Shown one piece after another: positions 26,900-39,331 of a DNA stretch of 64,000 bases. The translations under genes and the position numbers were made by a program. Within the stretch, counting starts at the first letter, position 1, and the number at the start of each line of letters is the position of its first letter. Under the pieces are notes generated by a model. The model did not search any database and was not told the DNA's origin. It saw only the letters and a list, made by a program, of their open reading frames with translations. Source of the stretch: Basidiobolus meristosporus CBS 931.73 (lineage: Eukaryota; Fungi; Basidiobolomycota); the NCBI GenBank assembly GCA_002104905.1, contig MCFE01000092.1:111584-175583 (forward strand), read 5' to 3'.

Positions 26900-29744
26900 A
26901 TGAACTGGAATCCTCGACAGGAAGATCTCATTCAGCTCTTGCAGCTTCTAAGAGATTCCATCTCTTCTAGCAATGAGGTTCAAACTATGGTGCAACAGGT
27001 AAAGTTTGATGATGGCCCCATCCAGTGTGCACTGAGCTAAACCTTATTCTTCATCTAGAAATTGGATTCGTTTAACAAAATCCCCGACTACAATAATTAC
27101 CTTATTTATATCCTGACCCAAATGCCTCAAGAAGAGGCTTCCATCCGTGCCATTGCTGGCCTCTTGTTGAAGAATAACGTCCGCATACATTTCTTGGATA
27201 TTGCACCTCAGGTCATGGAGTATATCAAGGCTCTTTCGCTCCAAGCCATTGGTGATCCAGACCATATGGTCAGAGGTACCATTGGTACAGTCATCACCAC
27301 TATTGTTACCCGTGGTGGGCTCTCTACCTGGCCTCAAGTTCTCCAAAGATTGATGGAGCTCCTTGATCATCCCGATAAAAACGTTGTGGAGGTAAGCATA
27401 TCACTTCACTTTGTCGTTGCGACGCCATCTGACCATCATGTCTACTCCTTCATGGTAGGGTGCTTTCGGGGCCCTTCAAAAAATATGCGAGGATTCTGCC
27501 CGTGAGCTCGATCAGGATATCAATGGCACTCGTCCATTAGATTACATGATCCCCAAGATCATTAATTACTTTGATTCGCCCGAGTTGAAGATCCGTGTGT
27601 ATGCTCTCTCTTGTATCAACCAATTCATTTTGATGCGCTCGCAATCGCTCTTTACCCACATCGACGCCTTTGTCGGCGCGTTGTTCAAGAGAGCAACCGA
27701 CCACGCACCCGAGGTTCGTAAGAACGTTTGTCAAGCCCTCGTAATGCTTCTTGAGACCCGTCCCGACAAGCTTCTTCCTGAGTTGCCAAACCTTGTCGAG
27801 TACATGTTGTATTCCACCCAGGATGATGATGAAAACGTCTCCTTGGAGGCCTGTGAGTTCTGGCTTGCTTTTGCCGAGCAAGATGAGCTCCGTGAGCACT
27901 TGCGTCCATACCTTCCTAAAATCATTCCCGTTCTGCTCAAGGGAATGGTTTACAGCGAAATGGATATCTTGACCCTAGGTGGCGATGAGGATGATGCCAA
28001 CGTTCCAGACAACGAGCAAGACATCAAGCCCCGCCATCATCGTGCAAAGACCCACGAGTTCGAGCACACCGACCCTGCCAATCCAAGTGCCAACCGTGAA
28101 GCTGACGATGACGATGATGAGACCGATGATGAGGATTGGGATGAGGATGAAGATGACATCTATTCTGAGTGGAATCTGCGTAAGTGCTCCGCCGCAGCAT
28201 TGGATGTTCTTTCTACCGTTTATGGGAACGAGATGTTGGAGACACTGCTTCCTCTGCTTAAGGATCAGCTATTCAACCCCGAATGGAAGCACAAGGAGTG
28301 CGGTATCTTGGCTTTGGGTGCCATCGCCGAGGGCTGTATGTCTGGCATTGAGCCCCATCTCCCTGACTTGGTTCCATTCTTGCTTCAAAGCTTGAACGAT
28401 CCCAAGCCTTTGGTTAGATCCATTACTTGCTGGACTTTGGGTAGATATGCTAGATGGTGTGTCTTCCCTCCTCAGCCCGAGGAGCGCTCGAAATACTTTG
28501 AGCCATTGTTGGAAGGTTTGCTCCGCATGGTTCTGGACAACAACAAGCGTGTGCAAGAAGCCGGTTGCAGTGCCTTTGCCACGTTGGAGGAAGAGGCTTG
28601 TGAAGAACTCGTCCCTTACCTTGAGCCTATCCTTCGCAATTTGATCTTCGCCTTCCAGAAGTACCAACAAAAGAATTTGCTCATTCTTTATGATGCTATT
28701 GGCACCCTTGCGGACTCTGTCGGTAACGCACTCAACAAGAAGGAATACATCGACGTTCTGATGCCACCACTGATCGAGAAATGGCAGTCAGTCAGCGATG
28801 ATGACCGTGACCTCTTCCCACTTCTCGAGTGTTTGTCGTCAGTAGCCGCTGCCTTGGAGATTGGATTTGCACCATTCGCTCCCCCAGTCTACCAACGTTG
28901 TGTTCACTTGGTCAACAACACCGTAATGCAGATTCAGATGTACCATCAAAACCCTACCATCGAATTGCCTGACAAGGACTTCATGATCGTTGCTCTAGAC
29001 TTGTTGAGTGGATTGGTCCAAGGATTGAACACCAGTGTCGAGAGCTTGGTTGCCAGCAGCAACCCACCACTTCTTCCTCTCTTGGGTGTTTGTATGCAGG
29101 ATACCTCCGCCGAGGTCAGACAATCAGCATACGCCCTTCTCGGTGACTTGGCCATCTCGTGCTTCGCCCACCTCAAGCCCCATCTGGGTCAAATCATGCC
29201 TGAATTGATCCAACAAATCGATCCTCAATCGGAGCATATTAGCGTTTGCAACAACGCCGCCTGGGCCGCCGGTGAGATTGCTCTTCAGTGTGGAGCAGAA
29301 ATGCAGGTCTACGCCAACCCACTTCTTGAGCGCCTATTCCCTCTGCTCAACAACGAGCAGACTGCCCGCACTCTGTTGGAAAATGCTGCCATCGCCATTG
29401 GACGCGTTGGTTTGGTGTGCCCCGAGGTGGTTGCACCTCACCTTGAGATGTTCCTTGAGAATTGGTGCAAGGCATTGAGAGGCATTCGGGACAATGCCGA
29501 GAAGGACTCTGCGTTCCGTGGTGTATGCACCATGATCCAAACCAATCCCAACGGCGCAGCCAAGAGCTTCGTCTACTTCTGTGATGCCGCAACCAACTGG
29601 AGCACCCCATCACAAGAGTTGAACGACATGTTCGGCAAGATCTTTGCTGGATTCAAGCAAATGATCGGTGCCAACTGGGATAACTACGTGAGCACGTTCC
29701 CACCCACGATTAGACAGAAGCTTCAGGAAAGATATGGAGTTTAA
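26900..29744 (+). CDS. KAP104: Transportin-1 / importin beta-2 (karyopherin Kap104)
   Basis: [10 protein letters not shown] start, [12 protein letters not shown], acidic H8 loop ([29 protein letters not shown]), HEAT repeats, ends LQERYGV*. Likely 5'UTR intron at 26787-26877 (GTAAGT..CCTAAC..CAG). Confidence 0.95.
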
Positions 29745-30114
29745 ATCATCTTAGCTAACCCTACCTCACCCCACCAACATTTGCAACTAATCGCGCTCTC
29801 ACTATTTATCTCATCGATTAGAAAGTTTCTACCTGACATCCACTCCCACCAACACCACCACCACCCTTGTCTCGATTAATGCCTGTCAGTATCTTTTCAC
29901 TGCTTTCCCCCACAAAAAAGAATATGAAATAATCAATTCGATTTTCACTTGGAGCCGCTCCTTTCAACTGTGCATATCTTATTAAATGCTTTTGTATGTT
30001 GTGCGTGTGTTACCATCCCCTCGTTTCCGAAGAGTTTATTTGCAAAGGTAGTCTAATTGTACGTGTAGAGAGATGTGCTTTCTAAGGGGAATCGACAGAG
30101 CTGCGGGTCAAAGC

Positions 30115-31556
30115 CTAGAAACGCTTGGCGTTTCGTTGGTTGGATTGGTATACGTAGTAGATCAATCCGCCGACAGTACCAATGGCGATCAATTTCCAAA
30201 GGAACCCGAAGGATCCGTCGGTGTTTTGATGAACGGGTTGTGGTGCTCTAGGTGGTTTGTTCTGTGAGGTGCAAAAGAGATGTGAGGGGGGGGGGCAAGT
30301 TCACCGGCACTACATCATAAACGGACTTACCACAGACTTGAGGGAGTGAGAGGTTACACTGAGAATCTCATGGAAATCTAGAAGCAATTCGAATTAGCTT
30401 GATATGGTCTGATTAGATGAGGCACACATGGATTGTCTTACCGGAAATCTCTCCGGTGTGCGCACTGAAACCGAGGTAAACAACATTGGGAAGGGAGATA
30501 TCGTTAAGGAAGATGCAGTCCGTCCATTTTCCTTCCTCTTGGTATTGAAGCTTGACCTAGATCAATCAAGGCTGGCGGGTCAGGGTGAATGGACTACTGT
30601 CACGGTGGGGGTCATCTTGTTTACCTCCAGGTATTGGTCTTTCACATAGGAGACCTTGGCTTTAGTTGGGAACGGTCTACCACGGAAATCGGCCTATGCG
30701 GGAATCGAGCATGAGCCACTATACCAACATCAGGTTTATGAACGAGTCCAGTAAACATTACCTCACAACCACCGGCTTGTGTAGGCTCTCCATCTTTGCC
30801 GACATCGTAGGAAGTTTTACCGTCGCCAATCATGGCGCTGACATAGGGGAAAGAGTACTGATAACAGAGAAAATCACTCGGGTCAGGAACGGGCCATCGA
30901 TCAAAAGGCGCCAGAAGGAACTTACACTGTGCTTGGAGTTGGCGTAGGTATCAAAGAAAAGCCCCAAGCCATCGAAACGATCGACACTACCGAAAACGGG
31001 ACCTAACAAGACCAGATGAATACTCTCATTGCGTACGTGGACGACGTCGGCTCACATACCAGTCTGCGGGTCGTTGGTGGTGGCCCAGAAAGCAAAACCG
31101 TCGCCGAAAACACCGCTCCCGCTTCCGTGCACTTTGAACTCAAACTCGACTTCCCAGGCCTTGGTAGGTAGAGCCTAGTGTACAGCAACCATCGACGATA
31201 AAGCGTTAAAAAAAGGACCGTTGAAAGAGAGCCGAACCGCCTCGAAAACTAACATGCTTGCTCCACAACCAGCCAGCTCTACTGGGTAGATCGGGGGTCA
31301 GCTGGATTCCTCTGTAAGTGTGGATTACGGTATCACCTCCGAATTCAAAATTGTTCGAGCGCATTTCCTCGTCTACACGCGAAAGGAACATTGAGCAAAG
31401 GAAGCTAGATCAAGCACCAGTGGGGGGGATAATATTACCGATGTATGGAACGTTCAACGAGTGAGACCCTAAATAGACACTCTTGTCATCCTGGGCGGTG
31501 GCAGATAACAGGCCTGCCGCCAAGGTCAGGAAAGTGAAAACAGCTTTACGATACAT
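30115..31556 (-). CDS. L-type lectin cargo receptor (ERGIC-53/VIP36/Emp47-like); multi-exon
   Basis: Signal peptide MYRKAVFTFLTLAAGLLSATAQ, HSLNVPYI, FEFGGDTVIH..IQLTPDLPSRAGWLWSK, a C-terminal TM helix and a cytosolic tail ending NAKRF*. Confidence 0.85.
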
Positions 31557-32791
31557 GATTTGCAGTACGTATACGTAGAAAGGTAGCTTCAATGAAATTT
31601 ATTCTTTTATGCCTATAGGTGATGTCGAAGCGTCACTTGTCTCGCCTGAAATCGTTGGTACGAAATGATTGGATGATTCCCAGTGGATTTCAAACAATCT
31701 TGGATCTAGAATACAAAACACAAGGACCGATACAAGGGCTACAAGGGCAAGCGTAGGTGCAAGTGTAGGTGCAAGCGTCCCATACCAACCACCCTCAAGA
31801 CCTCGACTACCTTCCACCACGCCAGAATTGACCACATTTAAACGTGCTCAGGGTGATGGTTCTCTGCTGAAACCATCTCGCTCGAATCCCGCGGATCTAC
31901 CGGTTTGGAAGCTTAACTCATTTAACTGCTTTGGAAAGGTAAATTGAATACTTGTTGTGGTCGCACACGTTAAATGAAAATTGTGATGTAATAAAGAGAT
32001 TGTTGGGACTTTAATATGTGAATAACGCACCGCAGATGATGAATTTGCGGGATACTGAGGCGGAATGGTACAAACGATCTTCGTACATAGCCAAGTCACA
32101 CTCAATAAACGGTCATTGCTTGATTGGCGGGGACTAATTGAACGACCGAATTAGGCAGATTTCCAATGGCTGCCTCAGAACAAAGGGAAGTTGAGGGTTG
32201 AGTAGCGGGAAACCAGTTTGTCAGTCAGGGCTGGCAGACTAGTGTATGCAAGAATTGTGGACTGCGCAGTAGCAGCCCAGTTGATTAAAACATTTATGCC
32301 GATAATTCTGTGGGTGTCACGTTGTGATTATTATCCAACTTGTGCTGGACCGATATGTACAGGAGGCATTGAGGAGATTTCTTAAACATTATTTTGGTCT
32401 TTTCGACTTGCGTTATCTAAGCGGAAGCAATTGTTTTGACCAATAAATAGATTGCATGTATTACAACCGGTTCACAAACGCTTCAGTACCCCTACGCCCG
32501 TTAATCCCCTAACTCCTCCTTCTTCTTCATTGGTAAGGATGGTATGGTGGTGGTTATAAATACCGGTCGGGATCACTATGCCTATTCAAAACATCGTCTC
32601 TGTTTATATTCCTTCTACTTACCCCTTTCGCTTATTAGCTAGTAATAGGACGCCCTATACTAAATAACCGACTCTAACCTTGTTCTATATCTAATTCCCT
32701 TTTGTTAGGTAAGCTTCCATGGACTAGACTGGTCTCGTTGATTCACTATACTAATGCCGTTTGTAGACTACCACTATTAATTATTAATAAA

Positions 32792-34777
32792 ATGGCCACC
32801 GCTGTCGAATCCGCCACCCAAATCTCCTTGCCCGTTGAGAAGGAAGAGACCGCCGAAGTCTCAGCCCCAGTTGCTAATGAACAACCTGAGGCTGAAGCTG
32901 CTGTAGAAAGCCAAGCTGCTCCCGAAGAGCCTGCCCCATTAGAAGCGGAAGCTGAAGCTGAAACCGCAGCTGAACCAGCACAAGAAGAGCCTGTGGCTAC
33001 TACCGAGGCTACTGAGGAGCCCGCGGCCGCCGTTGAGGAGGAGGTTCCTGTCATCCAGCAAGGATACCTGCAGAAGCGAGGATTGAAACCCTTGAGACTC
33101 TGGAAAAACCGTTACTTTGGATTCCACAACGAGCCATTCGCTCTTGCACAATTACGTTTGGTTTCAAAGAAGAGCTTGAAGGCCACTTCAGCCCCTAAAG
33201 AGGAGTTCGAGAAGGTCAACAAGTCTCTCTTCCATAACATCGCTACCGCCACCGTCAGTGGTGAAAGTTTGATGTTCTACTTCAAATCCAGCAACCCTGA
33301 CCACGTTGAGGTTCCTCTCGGTGTCATCAATCTTGAGGATGTTGAGTCGGTTGCTCCAGCCAAGGCTAGCAAGCCACATGCCTTCTGCATCAAGACCAAC
33401 GTCAGAGATTACATTCTTGCTGCTCCAACCGCCGACGAAGCCAAATCTTGGGTTCATACTATCCAACAAAAATTGGATTCTCTCTCCTCTCTCTCCAGCG
33501 TTGTAGAGACTGCTCAATACAAGGAAACTTACGAAAGATTGGTTACCCGTCAAGCATTCAACGGCAAGAGTGCATCAACCATTCCTACCGGGATCTTATC
33601 TGATAGTGAGGTGCTTTCTGGCTCCGACAATGAGAAGGAGCCTGAGACCTCTGAAAGTAAGGAGGCCGAAGTTGCTGAGACCGCTGTCGAGGCTGAGGCA
33701 TCTGCCGTTGAAGAGACTCCTGTTGTAGCGGAAACCACTGAGGAAGCACCTAAGCGCAGATCAGTTCTTGGGGGTATCAAATCCTTCATCAAGAAGGAGA
33801 AGACCTCCAACTCCAGCATCGAAGTTGCCCCTGTTTCGGAAGAAGCTCCTGAAGCCACTGAAGAAGTAGAGGTCAAGGAGGCTTCTGAGGCAGTAGCTGC
33901 CGAAGAAACTCCCGCCGAGGCACCAGTAGAGGAGCAAGCTGCAGAGGAAGTCAAGGTTGAGGAAGCTACTGAGGCTGTTGAGGCTAAGGTTGAGGAGGTT
34001 GATGCCAAGCCCTCTCGTCCACTTTCATTTGGAATCCCAAAGTTCTTCAAGAGTGGAAAGAAGGAAGGTCAATCAGCTGAATTCACCGAAGCTGTTGAAT
34101 CTCCCACTGAGGAAGAGCCAGCCGCCGAGGTTGCTTCTCCAGAAGTGTCCGAGGATGCCGCCCCCGAGGCTGTAGTCGAAGCTGAACCTGCTGAAGTTAC
34201 CACCACCGAGGCTGTCGCTGAGGAAGCTACTGAAGCTCCTGAGCAAGCTGCCGAGGCTACCTCCGAAGAACCCGTCGCTGATGCTGAACCCGGATCCCCG
34301 ATTAAGCGTACTTTATCGAACCTATTCCGCTCAAAGAAGACCAAGAACTCCGAATCACAAATCGCCTCCGTGGAAGAAACCACTGAGGAACCTAGTGCTG
34401 CAGTTGAATCTCCAGTTGAAGCTGTCGCTGAGCCTCAAGAGCCCCCCAAGGCCGAGGCTGAAGCCGAGTCTGCTCCTGCCGAGCTTCAAGCCGAAGCCGC
34501 TGCTGAGGAGGCCGTCGATGCAACTGAAACCCCACAAGAAGCCGCCGAGACCACCGATGCCGAAGAAAAGCCCAAAAAACCTACTTTATTCAAGAGAATG
34601 ACTTTCATGCTTCGTTCCAACACCGGATCGGCCGTTAAGAGCACATCTTCTACCACCGAATCAATCCCCGCCGCCACATCCAGTCCCTCAGCTGAAGTAC
34701 TCACTGAGGCACCAGAGGAAGTGGCCCAGGTGGAACAGAAAATCGAAGCAGCCCCCGAAGCTGTGAAGTCCCACTAA
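32792..34777 (+). CDS. PH-domain protein with long Glu/Ala-rich disordered regions (Meu6/PH_6-like)
   Basis: Intronless. PH-like segment QQGYLQKRGLKPLRLWKNRYFGF...KPHAFCIKTNVRDYILAAPTADEAKSWVHTIQ flanked by acidic low-complexity sequence. The family label is from recall. Confidence 0.7.
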   Translation: MATAVESATQISLPVEKEETAEVSAPVANEQPEAEAAVESQAAPEEPAPLEAEAEAETAAEPAQEEPVATTEATEEPAAAVEEEVPVIQQGYLQKRGLKPLRLWKNRYFGFHNEPFALAQLRLVSKKSLKATSAPKEEFEKVNKSLFHNIATATVSGESLMFYFKSSNPDHVEVPLGVINLEDVESVAPAKASKPHAFCIKTNVRDYILAAPTADEAKSWVHTIQQKLDSLSSLSSVVETAQYKETYERLVTRQAFNGKSASTIPTGILSDSEVLSGSDNEKEPETSESKEAEVAETAVEAEASAVEETPVVAETTEEAPKRRSVLGGIKSFIKKEKTSNSSIEVAPVSEEAPEATEEVEVKEASEAVAAEETPAEAPVEEQAAEEVKVEEATEAVEAKVEEVDAKPSRPLSFGIPKFFKSGKKEGQSAEFTEAVESPTEEEPAAEVASPEVSEDAAPEAVVEAEPAEVTTTEAVAEEATEAPEQAAEATSEEPVADAEPGSPIKRTLSNLFRSKKTKNSESQIASVEETTEEPSAAVESPVEAVAEPQEPPKAEAEAESAPAELQAEAAAEEAVDATETPQEAAETTDAEEKPKKPTLFKRMTFMLRSNTGSAVKSTSSTTESIPAATSSPSAEVLTEAPEEVAQVEQKIEAAPEAVKSH

Positions 34778-35099
34778 ATGTACACCTAATCCATAAATTG
34801 CTGCGAAAATAGTATACCCCAACCATTTATCACACACCGAGACCCATTTTTCCCCTTTCTCCCCCTTTTTCAGTAAACTAATCCAACCGATGACCTAGCT
34901 AACTTCAACTAAACTCAAACCAATACTTCCATACAACGCTCACGTTTATTTCGTTTTGCACCTAATAAAGCAGTTGTGAGATCCACTCGACGGAGCGGGT
35001 TGTTAATTGATATAGTACAGGTTGGGAACGGGCCCAGGGATCACTCGATATTGTTACATTGGCTGATAGTGGGATTGGGTGGTTGTATGAATCGCGTAT

Positions 35100-35642
35100 T
35101 TAATCTTTACAACTAAGACATAGAACAAAATCCCCTTCGGCGTCGTAGCTGGAGGAAGATAAGTTAGCTTCGAGGAGACTTCCCGTGATTCACCTGGGTG
35201 GACCAGCTTACCTTTTGGCCGAGCACAATGTGCAAAATTCAAGCTCGCAGCGCTTGCAGGTTCCCGAACAATCCTCACATACCTTCTGCTCGCAGAAGCT
35301 GCATTTCGTCTTTTCGTTACGCTTCTTGCACTGAGAGCAGGGGCCTTCGCAGCATTGCTCTACCTTGGTGTCGTTCTTCGTGAGCTTCTTCTGCCCGTGG
35401 AACAGCAGGAGCCTGGTGCGGGCTGTAGAAGTGGGATCAGCATGTCACCAGGCACACGGATGACAGTGGTCAAAAGAAATACCGTAGACAGCGCTCTTCT
35501 GCATTCTAGAGGGAACCCCTTTTCCTTTGGAAGAAGTCTCCTCGTCGAAGGGATTCTTCCTCTTCTCTTTTCCGGTGGGCTGCGACGTGGCCAACATGAG
35601 GGAGCAGGAGGAGCCAACGGGAAGCAATTTGTCTGTTGACAT
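35100..35642 (-). CDS. SIVA-like Cys-rich zinc-finger protein, 139 aa, 3 exons; not in the ORF track
   Basis: Exons 35642-35483, 35422-35212 and 35148-35100; introns GTATTT..CAG (60 nt) and GTAAGC..CTAAC..CAG (63 nt). Product ..KRKNPF..YARTRLLLFHGQKK..CSQCKKRNEKTKCSFCEQKVCEDCSGTCKRCELEFCTLCSAKSYDAEGDFVLCLSCKD*. Confidence 0.8.
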
Positions 35643-35856
35643 GGATTGTTTATATTTTACTCTGATCACAATGATTTCATTGATTGGTCTAGGCCAGAAG
35701 TAGATCATGTTGGGAGTTTATTTGGTGGTATCAGGTGGCTGCATAGGGCGATGCTGCCGGTATGGTGATGATGGTAATTAGTGACCTGTGTGCTAGAGTA
35801 ATTTACAAACTTCCCATTGCTGTGGGTTGTGCAGTGTCTATTTGTGCCGAAGAACT

Positions 35857-36751
35857 CTAGTTGGCTTGCGAATTAGCAATTAGTGTCAACGAGGGGTCCA
35901 AATCCAGGTTGTACTTCTGGACGATCTGTTGTGCGCAAAGGGGGTAGACATGGGAGGCCAGAATATCCGATTCTTCTTGACGGAATTTCCCGAGAACGAA
36001 CTTCGACACGACGGCCGGGGAGCGGTCGTCTTTAGGTGGTCGTCCGATACCAATTCGAAGTCGCTGGAACTCCTAGAGTCGGGTCGTTAGTCTGACTGGA
36101 AGTTCTGGTGGAGCGCGCATTCTACTTACTGCAGTCTTGAGAAGGCTTATGATGGATTTGATCCCGTTGTGTCCGCTGTAAAGGAAATGATGGGTTGAAT
36201 ATCATGTTGATTATTTGCCTTGCTAAAGAAACCACGTACTTCGCACTCCCGGCCAACTTGAAGCTCATCTTTGCTAGATCACGCTGCATATCGTCATGAA
36301 GAACAAGCAAGTTGGATATGGGGAGGTTTAGCTCACGCACTATGGTTAACGTAAGCGAGCAGTCAGTATTCCGAGAGCTGTAATATGCGTGCTACGTCGC
36401 TTACCGGCAGCGGCGACAGATACCCCGCTGAGGTTCATCAAAACCTTGGGCTTTAGCAAGATAAGCTCAACATTCTCGGTCACCTCCTGCTTCTCCTTTC
36501 CAGATTTTATGACCATTGTTTGCGTCCAAGTCTTCCGTGCAACGTGGGCCTTCCACGGCTTATGGGTATCCCAAGACAGTCCCAAATGTTCAGCCAAGTA
36601 GTCTACTACCATCATGCCAATGTTGTGGCGGGTATTGGGAAAAGGCTGATTCCCCAAACCAGTTATCTACAACAAAGAGGAGGCATGTCAGTTTAGGGGA
36701 ACTTCGGGTATTCTAACATGAACGACACGGTACCAGCAGCTTTCTAGTCAT
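35857..36751 (-). CDS. PTH1: Peptidyl-tRNA hydrolase (bacterial/mitochondrial Pth type); multi-exon
   Basis: MTRKLL..GNQPFPNTRHNIGMMVVDYLA, LLKPKVLMNLSGVSV, LVLHDDMQR..GSA..HNGIKSII, FQRLRIGIGRPP..VSKFVLGKF. Confidence 0.9.
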
Positions 36752-37195
36752 GCTCTTTACCGTGAAAAAAGGAGAATTGAGCAGGTGAATTTTTATCGGG
36801 AATACCCAGAGAAATTTCCATCGATTGTGGGCAGTTGCGATACCGGTCATAAAATCCCTGCTGCGGAATCCGCACACCACTGGCTGGCCGTCGATTGTAG
36901 GGGAATGCAGGAGCGGATCGGGAATAGCAAGGTTTATTTGGAAGATTAACAAGACTCCAATTCGCATTATGTGTGTGGTTATACAACAAACGCAGTGCGT
37001 CCAGGGGAAAAGGTCCGTGATGATTCAACAAACTACGCAACCATCTACTGGGTCATTATTTTCTATTCAATATCAGGAGTGTGCTGTGGTTGCGGTAGTG
37101 GGTGTGGCAGTGGCAGTGGCAGTGGAAGTATTTACACATTTTTGATCGGGAGATGTAGGATTCGGTGCGTCTAAGGACCGAGCTCGGTAGATGTC

Positions 37196-38097
37196 TCACT
37201 CAGTCCGTGGTCGCTTGGGCTTCGGGCCCTTTTTCCTTAATTGCCGTAGCTTGGCCAACTCGTAGTTCACGATCGGGAACAGCTCCGTGCTTAATGAGCC
37301 CAACATACCATTCTGATTGACATTGTCGGTGTTGTTTGATGACATGAGTAATCGTTTAAGATTGCCTTCGACCAGCCTTGTTTGCTCTGTATTCAGCTCT
37401 CGTAGTTTGTTGGGATCCTCAGGCCGCTGTGGAAACACCTGATGGGATAGGCACACCCCGTGAGTGACTTGGTACGCTTGGTATATCAGGCAAACGGAGT
37501 ACATACCGGTGTTTGTTTGAAGGTGTGGGTGCTTGGGAATGGTGGCATATGGTTAGGGATATACTCTGGGAACGGCTCAGACTCCTCGTCGTCGGTAAGA
37601 GGGTTATGCTTCCCTTCCATAAACGCTGGATCAATAGTGTTTTTATGAGACTCGTTATATTCATCTAGAGGAGGGAAGCAGATAGATCGGTAAGTATGGG
37701 AGCGATGGAGGAGGTCACCTATACTGTCAAAGTAACTGTGCATACTTAACGCAGGAAAGGTTATGTGCTTAAAAGAATACATGAAAGATTCCAACTTGTT
37801 CAAATCAATGCCCATATCAGCAAAAGTGAAAGCAAGATCATTAACGTTTGGTCGGGTGCGAGAGGATAGCTCGGCGTAAGAATGTGCCGTAGCAAGAATC
37901 TCCTCTATATCTGTGAAGTGGAATGGTTTCGATCGTGAGTGTGTGTTTCAAGCAACCACGGACAAGAGAATATTACATATGGGAGTGGCATCTAAAAGAG
38001 CGTCTAGTGCAGAAGCCGATATACCATCAAAACCTATCTCCTTGCATATAAGTGCGATTATTTTTTTGGTATATTCTAAGTAAAGGGTGGAGGTCAT
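37196..38097 (-). CDS. TAF8: TFIID subunit TAF8 (histone-fold Bromo_TP + TAF8_C); 2 introns
   Basis: IIALICKEIGFDGISASALDAL..YIEEILATAHSYAELSSRTRPNVNDL; PEYIPNHMPPFPSTHTFKQTP|VFPQRPED..EQTRLVEGNLKRL. Confidence 0.88.
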
Positions 38098-38502
38098 CGA
38101 CGCTGATTGAAGTGGTGTCTTCTCAACAAGACAATACTCGGCAGACAATAGCAGTGTTACGCGGCCACCCCGTTTTCAAACGCGAGATGGTTGACTGGAA
38201 TGCTAAAGTTGATTAACTTCCAAATAAAAAAAAATCCTCAAGATCGCGGCCCTGAAAACGACAACTCCGGATGAAGGGCAATTTGCTAATCACAGTTCTG
38301 GAGTCGATAAATCAAGTTGAGTAGTTAATTGCTAACCACGTTTCATGGGATTCTAAGCATGCTGCGTGTTGTTATTTATCGATGCATGCGCGATAGCACC
38401 CTAGATTTCCTGGGCCCTAATTCTGGATCCTGCTTACGATACGATTATTTGTGGATTCATTTATAGACCCGCTCTTCTTCACTCTGTTCACAAGCTATTG
38501 AC

Positions 38503-38898
38503 ATGTCTGACGTAGATAAGAAAGAAAGCACCGAACACATCAACCTTAAAGTTGTAGGCAACGTAAGTACAAAGTGGATGCGATTTTATTTGAGAATCGT
38601 TTCTCACCTCCCACAATAGGACCACAACGAAGTGTTTTTCAAAATCAAGCGCACCACTGCTTTAAAAAAGCTGATGGAAGCTTATTGCGATCGCCAAGGA
38701 AAATCCGTCTCCTCGGTTCGTTTCTTATATGATGGCGTGCGCATCCAACCCCACAACACCCCCGCTGAGGTATGTAGCTAACAGGTAAACTTTGCCTGCA
38801 CGGACTGAACTAAACGCGTCATTTTCCCCCAGCTCGAGATGGAAGACGGCGATTCCATCGATGTCATGGTTGAGCAAATTGGAGGCTCATATTTTTAA
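38503..38898 (+). CDS. SMT3: SUMO (ubiquitin-like modifier); 2 introns
   Basis: [74 protein letters not shown]. Confidence 0.96.
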
Positions 38899-39331
38899 AG
38901 TATTCTGAACATTGACTCTTTATTAAACTCGTGATTCGGACTAGACAAACCTCGGCGTTTATTTCTCGTTGTTATTGTTGCCCTATATCGTTTTGTTGAC
39001 GTAGCCTCCTTGGCTATGCCAAACTGTCCATACTCTTTTGAACTAGGTTTCTCTGTAATCTCATATATCGCAACTTTTCAAGAAACAAAGCATCGAAGTG
39101 GGTTTACATGTTCACAACACATGATAGCTCATAATAGCCACTGTGTAACCAATAAACCATTTGAAAGGGAATTATTTCGTGGGCGTTTCAATCACAACAT
39201 CCGCACGTAGTCCTGAAATCAGTTTCAATATTTTGCGTACCAAAATCAATGAAAAAAATCAAAAAAATCTTGGCCCATGAATTTCTTGGACCCTGCGGGC
39301 GCTCTCGTCGTTAACCAGCCTTTCAGTTAAT

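Noticed and set aside
35423-35457. 35-nt alternative first intron for the SIVA-like gene
   Set aside because: It puts exon 2 in the wrong frame. The 60-nt GTATTT intron gives the SIVA-like ARTRLLLFHGQ frame that continues into the Cys-rich tail.
37097-37127. (GTGGCA)n simple repeat between PTH1 and TAF8
   Set aside because: Short low-complexity tract with no further structure.
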